From contig JAYZBV010000072.1 of NCBI GenBank assembly GCA_036338595.1, positions 11,686-75,685 on the forward strand: DNA of 64,000 nt, written 5' to 3'. The stretch is from Planctomycetota bacterium. GTDB lineage: Bacteria; Planctomycetota; UBA8108; UBA1146. The stretch's first letter is position 1. Every line of letters starts with the position of its first letter. The notes under the pieces were generated by a model, which worked only from the letters and a program-made list of their open reading frames with translations, did no database searches and was not told where the DNA came from. Shown here piece by piece: positions 9,580 through 18,629 of the stretch. Both the position numbers and the translations under genes were made by a program.

Positions 9580-10245
9580 ATGGCAAGTCTCGGGAGTCGA
9601 AGAAGAAATGAACTCCGCTGGGTGAGAACCGTGGTTCTGTTGGCAGTGCTGGTGATCGTTGTCACCACATTCATCGATGCGCAACAGTTTCCGGTCCCGG
9701 AAACAGCAACCAATGCTGAGGTGTCAGGAACTCCGGTGCCAGACGAGCGTTTTGCCAATGGAGGGGTCATTTCTGCCGCCAGTTCGGGCAGTACCTCGGG
9801 ACCATGGAAAACACTTCAGGCACTCGGGGCGATTTTCGTCATCACAGGAGTGGGAATCGGTGGGTACTTCTTGATTCGAAAATTTGCGCCAGGAGCAATC
9901 CCGGGGACAGATGCCCGCATGAAGGTTCTGATGCGGATGCCCATCGGGAATCGCCAGAGCATCATCATTCTTCGGGTAGGTGACAGGGTGCTTGTTGTGG
10001 GCGCTTCCTCCGGCGGCATGAAGTGCCTCAGCGAGATCACCGATCAACATGAAGTTGAAAACCTCAGCTACGGTGTGGAGTTCTCACGGGAACGGAGAAA
10101 AGTAAACGAATTGGTAGATAGCGAGGAGCTCGGCGACTTTGTCGAGGACGATGAGAAAACCAGCGATGTGCAACATGAGATCGAGTGGCTTCGTGACCGC
10201 CTGGATGGTTACGGAGAAAAGGTCGAAGGAAAGGTGCGTACGTGA
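9580..10245 (+). CDS. fliO: FliO/FliZ family export-gate chaperone (start could be 9562)
   Basis: TM helix then MKVLMRMPIGNRQSIIILRVGDRVLVVGASSGGMKCLSEI, a FliO-type beta domain; precedes fliP. Confidence 0.8.
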   Translation: MASLGSRRRNELRWVRTVVLLAVLVIVVTTFIDAQQFPVPETATNAEVSGTPVPDERFANGGVISAASSGSTSGPWKTLQALGAIFVITGVGIGGYFLIRKFAPGAIPGTDARMKVLMRMPIGNRQSIIILRVGDRVLVVGASSGGMKCLSEITDQHEVENLSYGVEFSRERRKVNELVDSEELGDFVEDDEKTSDVQHEIEWLRDRLDGYGEKVEGKVRT

Positions 10246-11087
10246 TCAACGTTCGGCGCTCACTGATTTTGGGAGTCATCGTAGCGTTTGCGATATTGTT
10301 CATCGCAGCGCCTGTAGCGATGGCTAGCGCTGGTGATGGCGAAGCCGTAGGAATCATCGATCGAGTCCTGAGTGGATCTCCGGGGGATGTCGATGTTTCC
10401 ATCAAACTGATCTTGCTGACAACAGTACTCGCGATCGCGCCGGCACTATTGATGCTGACGACCTGTTTTACTCGAATCATCGTGGTACTGGGCTTTGTCA
10501 GGCGAGCCATCGGCACCCAGGATTCGCCACCCAACCAGGTCCTCGTGGGACTCTCCTTCCTGCTCACACTGGCAGTGATGGGGCCTGTCTGGAGCGATAT
10601 TTACACCAATGCGATCCAGCCCTATGCAGACCAGACTCCGATGCCGACCACCGGAGAGGTGCCCACCGGGGAAGAAGCGTACGCATACGCAGATTCAAAG
10701 ATGCGTGAGTTCATGTACCACGCCATCGACGAGGGTGACCTGCTATTGATGGCCAGGGTAGGTGCAGCGAAGACGGTCGAGGAACAATACGAAGAAGACG
10801 GGATCATCAGCGCTGAATTTGTCGATTCATTACCAACCACGGTGATCATCCCGGCGTTTGTCCTCAGCGAGCTGAGGAGAGCCTTCGAGATGGGATTCAT
10901 GATCTACATCCCGTTCGTCGTCATCGATCTCGTGGTCTCCGCATTACTGGTCTCGATGGGGATGCTGATGCTGCCTCCAGTGGTAGTTTCGCTCCCCTTC
11001 AAGGTGCTGGTCTTCGTGCTGGTGGACGGTTGGGGACTGGTAGTCGAGCAACTGTTGTTCTCCTCGATGGTGACGGTGACCGGATGA
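10242..11087 (+). CDS. fliP: FliP/SctR export gate protein
   Basis: TTCFTRIIVVLGFVRRAIG, PPNQVLVGL, IPAFVLSELRRAFEMGF, MGMLMLPP, LPFKVLVFVLVDGW; signal-peptide-like N-terminus, a flagellar-type trait. Confidence 0.97.
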   Translation: MINVRRSLILGVIVAFAILFIAAPVAMASAGDGEAVGIIDRVLSGSPGDVDVSIKLILLTTVLAIAPALLMLTTCFTRIIVVLGFVRRAIGTQDSPPNQVLVGLSFLLTLAVMGPVWSDIYTNAIQPYADQTPMPTTGEVPTGEEAYAYADSKMREFMYHAIDEGDLLLMARVGAAKTVEEQYEEDGIISAEFVDSLPTTVIIPAFVLSELRRAFEMGFMIYIPFVVIDLVVSALLVSMGMLMLPPVVVSLPFKVLVFVLVDGWGLVVEQLLFSSMVTVTG

Positions 11088-11362
11088 CACGATTAGATGT
11101 AGCACTGGATTTCCTCCAGCAGGCGTTGCTCGTTGCACTGCAACTGTCGGTGCCAATATTGTTAGTGATGATGATTGTCGGAATTGCCGTGAGTCTCATC
11201 CAGGCGATGACACATCTACAGGATCAAACTCTCACCTTTGTTCCGAAGATCCTTGCCGTCGCCGTCGCTCTGCTTCTGCTGATGCCACTGCTTCTGGGAT
11301 GGGCGACCGAGTTCACCAGGGAAATGATCCAGGCCTCCGCCGTCGCGCTGGGTGGGGGGTGA
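11084..11362 (+). CDS. fliQ: FliQ/SctS export gate protein
   Basis: VGIAVSLIQAMTHLQDQTLTFVPKI; ATGA overlap with fliP. Confidence 0.95.
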   Translation: MTRLDVALDFLQQALLVALQLSVPILLVMMIVGIAVSLIQAMTHLQDQTLTFVPKILAVAVALLLLMPLLLGWATEFTREMIQASAVALGGG

Positions 11363-11368
11363 TCCAGG

Positions 11369-12202
11369 ATGGCTGAGCTGTTCGAATACTCCACATCCTC
11401 ATGGGCCGGTTGGTTTCTCGTCTTCACGAGGATCTCGGGAGCGATGATGGTGCTTCCCATCTTTTCTTCTCGCACGATTCCGGCGCGGATCAAGGCTGCG
11501 ATTGCGGCGCTGATCGCGCTCTGCGTGGCACCACTGGCCATCGCAGATCCATCAGGAACCGGCACGAGGCAGATGGGAGAGTTGATGGCGACGCCGCTGG
11601 CTGGCGCTGTCTCCATCTGTGGTGAACTGGCTCTTGGCTGGGTCCTGGGCGCCACTGCAGCGGTGTTGATGTGGGGAGCACACCTCGGGGGGCAGTTGAT
11701 CGGACAGGATTCCGGGCTGGCATTTGGTCAGGTGGTCGATCCCACGACCGGGCAAGCGACGGCTCCGACGGCGAACTTGATGATGATTTTCGCAGGACTT
11801 GCTTTTCTGGCACTGGAAGGTCATCGGCTGGTGATCCTGGCGCTGTGCGGCTCCTTCGATGCCGTTCCTCCCGGATCCATCGGCAATATCCTGATACACG
11901 GGGTTCCCCTCACCACGGCTGCTCAGATCACGAGCGAACTCGGCTCGCAAACCTGGATGCTCGGACTGCAAATCGCTTTTCCGGCCAGTATTGCGCTGCT
12001 GGTGACGACCGTGGGTCTCGGTTTGATGGCCCGGATGATTCCCGAGATGAATGTCTTTGCGGTCGGCTTTGCAGTTCGTACAGGGGTTGGAATGCTAGCC
12101 CTCTTCATGACACTTCCCTTCATCGCGGATCTATTTGGTGCTGTCGTCGCGACGGGCCTCCAGGGATCGCAGATGATCCTCAGTGGACTCGGGGGGAACT
12201 GA
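11369..12202 (+). CDS. fliR: FliR/SctT export gate protein
   Basis: FTRISGAMMVLPIFS, GELALG, GQLIGQDSGL, DP, GHRLVI, GLMARMIPEMNVF. Confidence 0.95.
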   Translation: MAELFEYSTSSWAGWFLVFTRISGAMMVLPIFSSRTIPARIKAAIAALIALCVAPLAIADPSGTGTRQMGELMATPLAGAVSICGELALGWVLGATAAVLMWGAHLGGQLIGQDSGLAFGQVVDPTTGQATAPTANLMMIFAGLAFLALEGHRLVILALCGSFDAVPPGSIGNILIHGVPLTTAAQITSELGSQTWMLGLQIAFPASIALLVTTVGLGLMARMIPEMNVFAVGFAVRTGVGMLALFMTLPFIADLFGAVVATGLQGSQMILSGLGGN

Positions 12203-12215
12203 AGTGATCTTCCAG

Positions 12216-13043
12216 ATGACTGACCACGGTGAGAAAACCGAGGCCCCAACGCGCAAGCGATTGGAATCTGCACGACTGGAGGGTCGGGTAGCACTGAGCA
12301 GTGATCTGGTCGGATCCTTCGTGCTGACGTCTGGTTTCGGATTCTTGCTTTTCTTCTCCGGGAGCATCTTTGCAGCGATCTTCTCGGGGACCCGAGCATC
12401 TCTGGGATCCATCGGGAGCATCCGACTCAACGAGCAGGCAAGCCTACAGTTGCTGACAGATGCGGTGGAACATTCCCTCGTCATCCTGTTGCCGATACTG
12501 CTGACGATATTTGCCGTGGCGGCGGTGGTGACATGGTTGCAGGTAGGCCTACGCATCCGGACAGGGGAGGTGTTGCCGGATCTGACCAGAGTCGATCCGA
12601 TTCGAGCACTGATGAACATCCTCGGCCTGGGTGGACTGCGGCGAGTGGGAATGGGAGTGCTGAAGTTGATTGCCGTCGGAATCGTGCTTGTTCCGGGCAT
12701 CTGGGGCTTGATGGGCGACTCCGAAGTGATCCGCAGTGCAGCGGTGGTGGCAGGCGGTGGATCACTGGCTGCGATCGGCACGAAAGTGGTCGAGTTGATC
12801 CTGCAGGCATGTGGCGCCCTGCTGATCGTTTCTGCAGTGGATTGGGCCTTCAGGCGTTGGGCCTACCAGAGATCCCTGATGATGAGCCGGAGAGAAGTGG
12901 AGGACGAGAAGAGAGAACTGACAGGCGATCCTCATCTGAGGCGAAGACGCAAGCAGCGTCACCGGCAAATCCTGGAGAAACGGGGTCCGGAGTTCACCGA
13001 CGAGACGTCACTCCACAGCGGATCGAGAGGCGACACCCGATGA
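12216..13043 (+). CDS. flhB: FlhB/SctU homolog with TM domain and linker only; no NPTH autocleavage or switch domain
   Basis: EKTEAPTRKRLESARLEG, four TM segments, LMMSRREVEDEKRELTGDPHLRRRRKQ, then a short tail and stop; 275 aa; ATGA overlap with flhA. Confidence 0.9.
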   Translation: MTDHGEKTEAPTRKRLESARLEGRVALSSDLVGSFVLTSGFGFLLFFSGSIFAAIFSGTRASLGSIGSIRLNEQASLQLLTDAVEHSLVILLPILLTIFAVAAVVTWLQVGLRIRTGEVLPDLTRVDPIRALMNILGLGGLRRVGMGVLKLIAVGIVLVPGIWGLMGDSEVIRSAAVVAGGGSLAAIGTKVVELILQACGALLIVSAVDWAFRRWAYQRSLMMSRREVEDEKRELTGDPHLRRRRKQRHRQILEKRGPEFTDETSLHSGSRGDTR

Positions 13044-15205
13044 ACGAGCACCAGATGCACACACTGACGCCAGTCTCCGGCTGGAAAGATACCATCCGCA
13101 GGAACCGGGATCTCGCCGTCGTGCTGGCGCTTGCGGGGATCCTCATCGCCATCCTTGTGCCCCTACCCGGTCGATTGATGGACGGGCTGCTCGGCGCGAA
13201 CATCGGCTTATCAGTGCTGATCCTGCTCACGGTGGTTTATCTCCGCAAGCCGCTGGAGTTTGCTTCCTTTCCCTCATTACTGCTGCTGGCAACGCTGTAC
13301 CGTCTCGCCCTCAACATTGCCACGACTCGATTGGTTCTCAGTCGTGCAGGAGACGAAGGGGTAACGGCTGCTGGAGATGTAGTGCACTTCTTCGGTGAGT
13401 TTGTTTCGGGTTCCAATTTGATCGTCGGTTTCATCATCTTCTCGATTCTCGTGGTGATCCAATTTGTCGTCGTGACCAAAGGTGCAACGCGTATTGCAGA
13501 GGTGGCTGCTCGATTCACGCTCGACAGGATGCCCGGCGCTCAGATGGCCATCGATGCCGATCTCAATGCAGGGAACATCTCGGGCAAGGAGGCGAGCACA
13601 GCAAGGGAGCAACTCGCCGAACAGGCTGATTTCTACGGGGCGATGGATGGAGCCAGCAAGTTTGTTCGCGGAGATGCCATCGCCGGGATCATCATCACGA
13701 TCATCAATATCGTTGGTGGATTCACCATCGGAGTCCTTCAGTACGGGATGACCTTTGCTGAAGCGGGACGGGTGTTCACGACGTTGACCATCGGAGATGG
13801 CCTGGTCACTCAGATTCCCGCACTCTTTATCAGCGTCGCTGCCGGGTTGATGGTCACCAGAGCATCGACGAGGGGCCAGATCGGGGACGCCGTCGTCGGA
13901 CAGTTGTTCGGCAACCCGAGGGCGCTGGCGATCACGGCCCTGGTTCTTGTGGCTCTCGCCTTCACCGGTTTGCCTCCTGTTGTTCTTGGTGTCCTTGCCG
14001 TATCGCTGGCGACTGTGGCCTACTTGTCGCGTAAACCGAGGCGTGCGCCGGTCAGTACAGGGGCAGCAGTGGCGATGCCCTCACTCCCCGGGGGCGTTGA
14101 GACGGCAGAAGACTCCGGACAGGGGACCACGACCAGCGCCCGCCGGATCGAGTTCTCGGGCCAGCAACCGATTCGCATCGAACTTGGCTACAGTCTTCAA
14201 AGTCTTCTCGAGCCCGAATCGTCAGGAGTGGCTCTCAGTGTCCGGGTTCAGAAACTGAGAGAAGATCTTCAGAAAGAACTTGGATTCTGGATTCCCCCTG
14301 TGCATGCCAAGGTGCAGATCCGGGGGATTCCGAGGCAAGAGTTCAGCATCCAGCTCAGAGAGATTCCCTGTTCGCGTGGTGTGCTGAGAGCGAGGCAGGC
14401 ACTCATCGTTTCAGATCACCGTCGCTCGATCGATGGAATATCAGGAGACGCTGCTGAACTGGAGATTCTTGAGGCTCCTGCAAGGTGGATATCGCTCGAT
14501 GAGGGCGAGATGCGAAAGTCACTCGGGTACCGAGTACTCACTGCGCAAGATGCGCTGATTCTTCACCTTCGCAGCGTGATCATGGAGCATATTCAGGAGC
14601 TTCTGACGCAGAAGGAAACTCGCAGGATCCTTGACCGAGTCGGCGAGGAGTGCCGAACTCTGGTGGACGAAGTGGTCCCTGAACTGCTGCGTGTCGGAGA
14701 GATACAGAAAATTCTCCAGTCGTTACTCGCAGAGGGAGTTTCGATCCGGGATATGGAGAAGATCCTCGAAACGCTGGGCGAGGAGGTCCAGCAGCGACCT
14801 GAATCGCGCAAGGATCTCACTGCATTGGCGGAGACGGTGCGAGCATCTCTCGGACGCAGCATCTGTGCTCAATATCTGGATCCGCAGGGCAAGTTGCATG
14901 TCGTCACCCTGGATCCACAGATAGAGAGCGTTCTGCTGGAAGATCTGGCACCTGCCGAGCACGCCGAGAATGCCCCGTGCCTGTCACCACAGCAGCATGA
15001 GTCCGTGATGGAGGCGCTCGTCATGGCGGTGGCCCAGCTGGTTGAGAGTGACCATCCTGCTGTCATCCTCACCTCGCGCCAGCTGCGAATTCCGATCAAG
15101 AAGCTGCTGGAGAAGGAAGTGCCCACGGTGGCGGTCCTCTCCTACAATGAAGTCGGCCACGGGACCACCGTGGAATCTGGGGGGATGGCGAGAATCGTTG
15201 CCTGA
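13040..15205 (+). CDS. flhA: FlhA/SctV major export apparatus protein
   Basis: FPSLLLLATLYRLALNIATTR, GATRIAEVAARFTLD, FYGAMDGASKFVRGDAIAG, TIGDGLVTQIP, LLAEGVSIRD, VLSYNEV; 721 aa from ATG 13040. Confidence 0.97.
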   Translation: MNEHQMHTLTPVSGWKDTIRRNRDLAVVLALAGILIAILVPLPGRLMDGLLGANIGLSVLILLTVVYLRKPLEFASFPSLLLLATLYRLALNIATTRLVLSRAGDEGVTAAGDVVHFFGEFVSGSNLIVGFIIFSILVVIQFVVVTKGATRIAEVAARFTLDRMPGAQMAIDADLNAGNISGKEASTAREQLAEQADFYGAMDGASKFVRGDAIAGIIITIINIVGGFTIGVLQYGMTFAEAGRVFTTLTIGDGLVTQIPALFISVAAGLMVTRASTRGQIGDAVVGQLFGNPRALAITALVLVALAFTGLPPVVLGVLAVSLATVAYLSRKPRRAPVSTGAAVAMPSLPGGVETAEDSGQGTTTSARRIEFSGQQPIRIELGYSLQSLLEPESSGVALSVRVQKLREDLQKELGFWIPPVHAKVQIRGIPRQEFSIQLREIPCSRGVLRARQALIVSDHRRSIDGISGDAAELEILEAPARWISLDEGEMRKSLGYRVLTAQDALILHLRSVIMEHIQELLTQKETRRILDRVGEECRTLVDEVVPELLRVGEIQKILQSLLAEGVSIRDMEKILETLGEEVQQRPESRKDLTALAETVRASLGRSICAQYLDPQGKLHVVTLDPQIESVLLEDLAPAEHAENAPCLSPQQHESVMEALVMAVAQLVESDHPAVILTSRQLRIPIKKLLEKEVPTVAVLSYNEVGHGTTVESGGMARIVA

Positions 15206-15248
15206 CTTACCGAGTCAGTTGGCGAGTTCCTCGCGGGGAAAGGGGAGC

Positions 15249-16688
15249 GTGCTCTTGAATGAGCCAACAGTACCCGGTGACGCGGGGCACACCCGCGTCG
15301 TAGCACCGGATTACGCATCTGCAGTTCGCATTCTTCAGGATCGATTCGGAAGTGATTGGACGGTGGTCCATTCACGGAAGGTTCGAAGGCCTGGATTTCT
15401 GGGATTGTTCGGCGTTTCTGATGTGGTCGTGATCGTCCGCACCGAGGAATCGATGCTGTTCCAGCCTCAGGCAAATCCCGTCGTCTCCTCCAGTGGGAAA
15501 CTGGCGCCACTGGCAATAGATGCGGGTCAGTTTGATGTCCCGGTATCGATCCCTGACCTCGTGCCGGTCATGGCAGGCAATTTCGAGCCGAGCAATGAAG
15601 CGGGGGATCTTGTGTATCGCCTCGAAGATGCTCGCAGTCGGATCGCCGATGAGTTGAAGGCATATTCCAAATCGATGTCAGGACAATCGTCCACTACCGC
15701 ATGGGAATCAGCGCAGCAGCGAACTGATGTGGAATCACTCCCGATCGAAGCTGAGCAACCTGGGGTTGCGACGCAGCTGAACACCGAATGCGATGATGTC
15801 CTGGATGGGAATGCGGATCCGATCGAGCCAGGGGGTGCAGAAAATCTGATCGACATGCACATCTCACAGGGTGAGCACCAGGATGTGGAGCCAGCGTTTC
15901 TCGGAGCAATATTGACTCATTGTGATGTGGCTGGATTTCCTCCTGCGGCAGTGAAGATGATAGTGGAGCAGGTCTGCGCCGATCCGATTGACGAAAGCCA
16001 CGGCCCCGGGGATTACCAGCAGATCGCCAGGGAGAGGATAATTCGCTGCATCCAGGCGAGAATCCCTGACACGGTGCAGATCGCAGCGGGTTCGGTCGGA
16101 CTGCCGAGAGTGGTGGCTCTGGTCGGTCCCACAGGTGTCGGAAAGACCACGACGCTGGCGAAACTGGCGGCACACTTTCATCTGGTCGAGAAGAGGAGAG
16201 TCGGTCTCGTGACTCTCGATTGCTACAGAATCGGAGCCATCGAGCAGCTACGCCGATTCGCCGAGATACTGGGCCTGCCTCTCAAAACAGTTTCCGAGGC
16301 AGCAGGCGCAGCCGAGGCGATCGAGGGCTTCTCCGATTGCGATGTGATTCTGGTGGATACAGCTGGCCGTAGTCAACGCGACCAGGAGCGCCTCACCGAG
16401 GTGCGGGATTCTCTCGCAAACATCGGGGACGTCGAAGTACATCTCTGCCTGTCACTCGCTGCATCGCCGGAGGCGATCGTCGCTGCTGCGGAATCGTTCC
16501 GGATGGTCAAGTACGACCGTGTCATCTTCACCAAGAAGGATGAGTCGTATCGAAAGGGGTTCCTCTGGGATCTGTTCGGCGTGACTCCGGTTCCAGTCTC
16601 CTATGTCACCTGTGGGCAAGAGGTACCCGAGGATATTCAGCCGGCAACCAGGGAACTGATCTGTGAAATGATGATCCAGGGAAGATGA
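15249..16688 (+). CDS. flhF: FlhF SRP-family GTPase
   Basis: VVHSRKVRRPGFLGLFG N-domain; GPTGVGKTTTLAKLA, DCYRIGAIEQL, DTAGRS, TKKDE, GQEVPEDI. Start approximate (GTG 15249 after AGGGGAG). Confidence 0.92.
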   Translation: MLLNEPTVPGDAGHTRVVAPDYASAVRILQDRFGSDWTVVHSRKVRRPGFLGLFGVSDVVVIVRTEESMLFQPQANPVVSSSGKLAPLAIDAGQFDVPVSIPDLVPVMAGNFEPSNEAGDLVYRLEDARSRIADELKAYSKSMSGQSSTTAWESAQQRTDVESLPIEAEQPGVATQLNTECDDVLDGNADPIEPGGAENLIDMHISQGEHQDVEPAFLGAILTHCDVAGFPPAAVKMIVEQVCADPIDESHGPGDYQQIARERIIRCIQARIPDTVQIAAGSVGLPRVVALVGPTGVGKTTTLAKLAAHFHLVEKRRVGLVTLDCYRIGAIEQLRRFAEILGLPLKTVSEAAGAAEAIEGFSDCDVILVDTAGRSQRDQERLTEVRDSLANIGDVEVHLCLSLAASPEAIVAAAESFRMVKYDRVIFTKKDESYRKGFLWDLFGVTPVPVSYVTCGQEVPEDIQPATRELICEMMIQGR

Positions 16689-17569
16689 GAGACCAGGCCT
16701 GGCGACTTCGAAAGATGGTAGAAGAAAAGGTGTTCCCTGTCAGGGGGAGGGCCAGGGTGCTGGCAGTGACCAGTGGCAAGGGTGGTGTCGGAAAGACCAA
16801 CATCTCGGTCGGGCTTGCCATCGCCGCGGCAGCCTCTGGAATCCGCACCGTGCTGCTCGATGGCGATCTTGGTCTGGCCAATATCGATGTACTTCTCGAT
16901 CTCCATCCCAGAAAGCACCTGGGTCATCTGATCGATGGAGAGGCAACTCTCGAAGATGTGCTGATCGACTCACCCGGAGGAATCCAGGTACTACCTGGTG
17001 CCAGTGGTCTGACCAGGGTTGCAGATCTTGGAAATGTTCAGAAACAGCGACTGCTCGAAGCGGTGGCGAGACTGGTGGAAGAATTCGACCTGGTCCTGAT
17101 CGATACGGGTGCTGGGATTTCTCGCGCAGTGCTCGATCTTTGCATATGTGCGGGAGAGGTGTTGGTGGTGACGACACCGGAACCAACAGCTGTCGTCGAT
17201 GCCTATGCGATGCTGAAGGTGTTTTCGGTCGAGGAGTCTACCCCAAAGCAATGGCTGGTGGTCAATCAGGTCCTTTCTCGGGGTGAAGCTCAACAGGTTT
17301 CCAGTCGCATGATCAGTCTTGCTCAGCAATTTCTGGGTGTTGAGGTGAACGGTTGTGGTTCGGTATTGCTCGATCCGCGTGTCAGGGCATCGGTTCGCAG
17401 GAGACAGCATTTCTCTCTCGCCTATCCTTCCTGTCCTGCTGCCAAGGGGGTCAAGGAAGTGGCTCATATTCTCGGTCTGGCGGGGCGAGCAGGGAGCCGT
17501 GGTTTCATGAATCGTCTAAAAGAGATGTGGATCGGGGATCTGAGCAGGCCCCGGGAGCGTTCTCTTTGA
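16685..17569 (+). CDS. flhG: FlhG/FleN MinD-like ATPase
   Basis: N-terminal DQAxxLR motif (MRDQAWRLR), SGKGGVGKT, DGDLGLANID, DTGAG, TPEPT. Confidence 0.93.
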   Translation: MRDQAWRLRKMVEEKVFPVRGRARVLAVTSGKGGVGKTNISVGLAIAAAASGIRTVLLDGDLGLANIDVLLDLHPRKHLGHLIDGEATLEDVLIDSPGGIQVLPGASGLTRVADLGNVQKQRLLEAVARLVEEFDLVLIDTGAGISRAVLDLCICAGEVLVVTTPEPTAVVDAYAMLKVFSVEESTPKQWLVVNQVLSRGEAQQVSSRMISLAQQFLGVEVNGCGSVLLDPRVRASVRRRQHFSLAYPSCPAAKGVKEVAHILGLAGRAGSRGFMNRLKEMWIGDLSRPRERSL

Positions 17570-17742
17570 GGGCCAGTTGCTCGAGTTGTGCGGATTCTCG
17601 AGAGCGTGGCACGGAAGATGCCGTTGACTGCGGGGACCTGGCACGCTGGCGGATGATCGTCGGATTCAGACGTGATCCCCTGGAGACGACACGAAGGGTC
17701 CTGTTAGGCTAACGGCAAGAAACTCAGGAAGAGGAGACTCAA

Positions 17743-18588
17743 TTGGCGCAGATCGAGTCGGAAGAGACACGGAAAACTATTCCTGCAAACGATTCCCTGG
17801 TCGGAAAGACCCGGATGCAGGATGACCCGGAACTTGAGCAGGTATGGATCGAGTTCAAGGAATCCCAGAGTAATGAACTCAAGAACAATCTCCTGGAGAG
17901 GTATCTGCACATCGTTCGATACACTGCAGACCGTCTTCACATGAAGTTACCTCAACAGGTTGATGTAGAAGATCTGTACAGTGCGGGTTTGTTCGGCCTG
18001 ATGGATGCGATCGACAACTACGATCTGACTCGCGGAGTTAAATTCGAGTCCTACTGCTCGACCCGGGTTCGCGGCTCGATTCTGGACTCACTTCGAAAGA
18101 TGGACTGGGTTCCTCGCCTGGTTCGCTCAACGGCCAACCGGATCGATGCAGCCTGGAAACAGTTCCAGAACGAGACGGGAAGAGAACCCACCGACTTCGA
18201 GATGGCTGAGCAACTGGGAGTGACCGACGAGGAATTCGAATCGATGCAGCGAGAAGCATCTGCGGCTTCCATCGTCTCGATCTCGGAACAGATTTCTGAC
18301 GAAGGGGAGTCCAGGTCACTGAGAAAAATCGATATCCTCAATGACAAGAAGGCCAAGTCTCCCGACGAAGATTCTCTCAGAACTGCGATCAAAGAGTTCA
18401 TCTATGATCAACTGGATTATCGTGAGCAGGCGATCATCGAGGGCTACTACTTCCAGGGGAAGACGATGAAGTGCATCGGATTGAAACTCCATCTGTCAGA
18501 ATCAAGAGTTTGTCAGCTTCACTCGCGGATCATGAGTCGATTGCGCCAGACCTGCGACAAGCACCGACTCGACTTCATGCAGGATTGA
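17743..18588 (+). CDS. fliA: Sigma-28 family RNA polymerase sigma factor (FliA/WhiG)
   Basis: DLYSAGLFGLMDAID, GVKFESYCSTRVRGSILDSLRKMDWVPR, GREPTD, MKCIG-LHLSESRVCQLH. Confidence 0.95.
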   Translation: MAQIESEETRKTIPANDSLVGKTRMQDDPELEQVWIEFKESQSNELKNNLLERYLHIVRYTADRLHMKLPQQVDVEDLYSAGLFGLMDAIDNYDLTRGVKFESYCSTRVRGSILDSLRKMDWVPRLVRSTANRIDAAWKQFQNETGREPTDFEMAEQLGVTDEEFESMQREASAASIVSISEQISDEGESRSLRKIDILNDKKAKSPDEDSLRTAIKEFIYDQLDYREQAIIEGYYFQGKTMKCIGLKLHLSESRVCQLHSRIMSRLRQTCDKHRLDFMQD

Positions 18589-18629
18589 CGATACTGGCGT
18601 CCAGGCGGCAGACGCCGTAACTTGACGCC

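Noticed and set aside
12533..13039. N-terminal extension of FlhA, or a frameshifted FlhB-C domain
   Set aside because: Overlaps flhB in another frame, is not protein-like and has no NPTH; flhA starts at the ATGA overlap at 13040.
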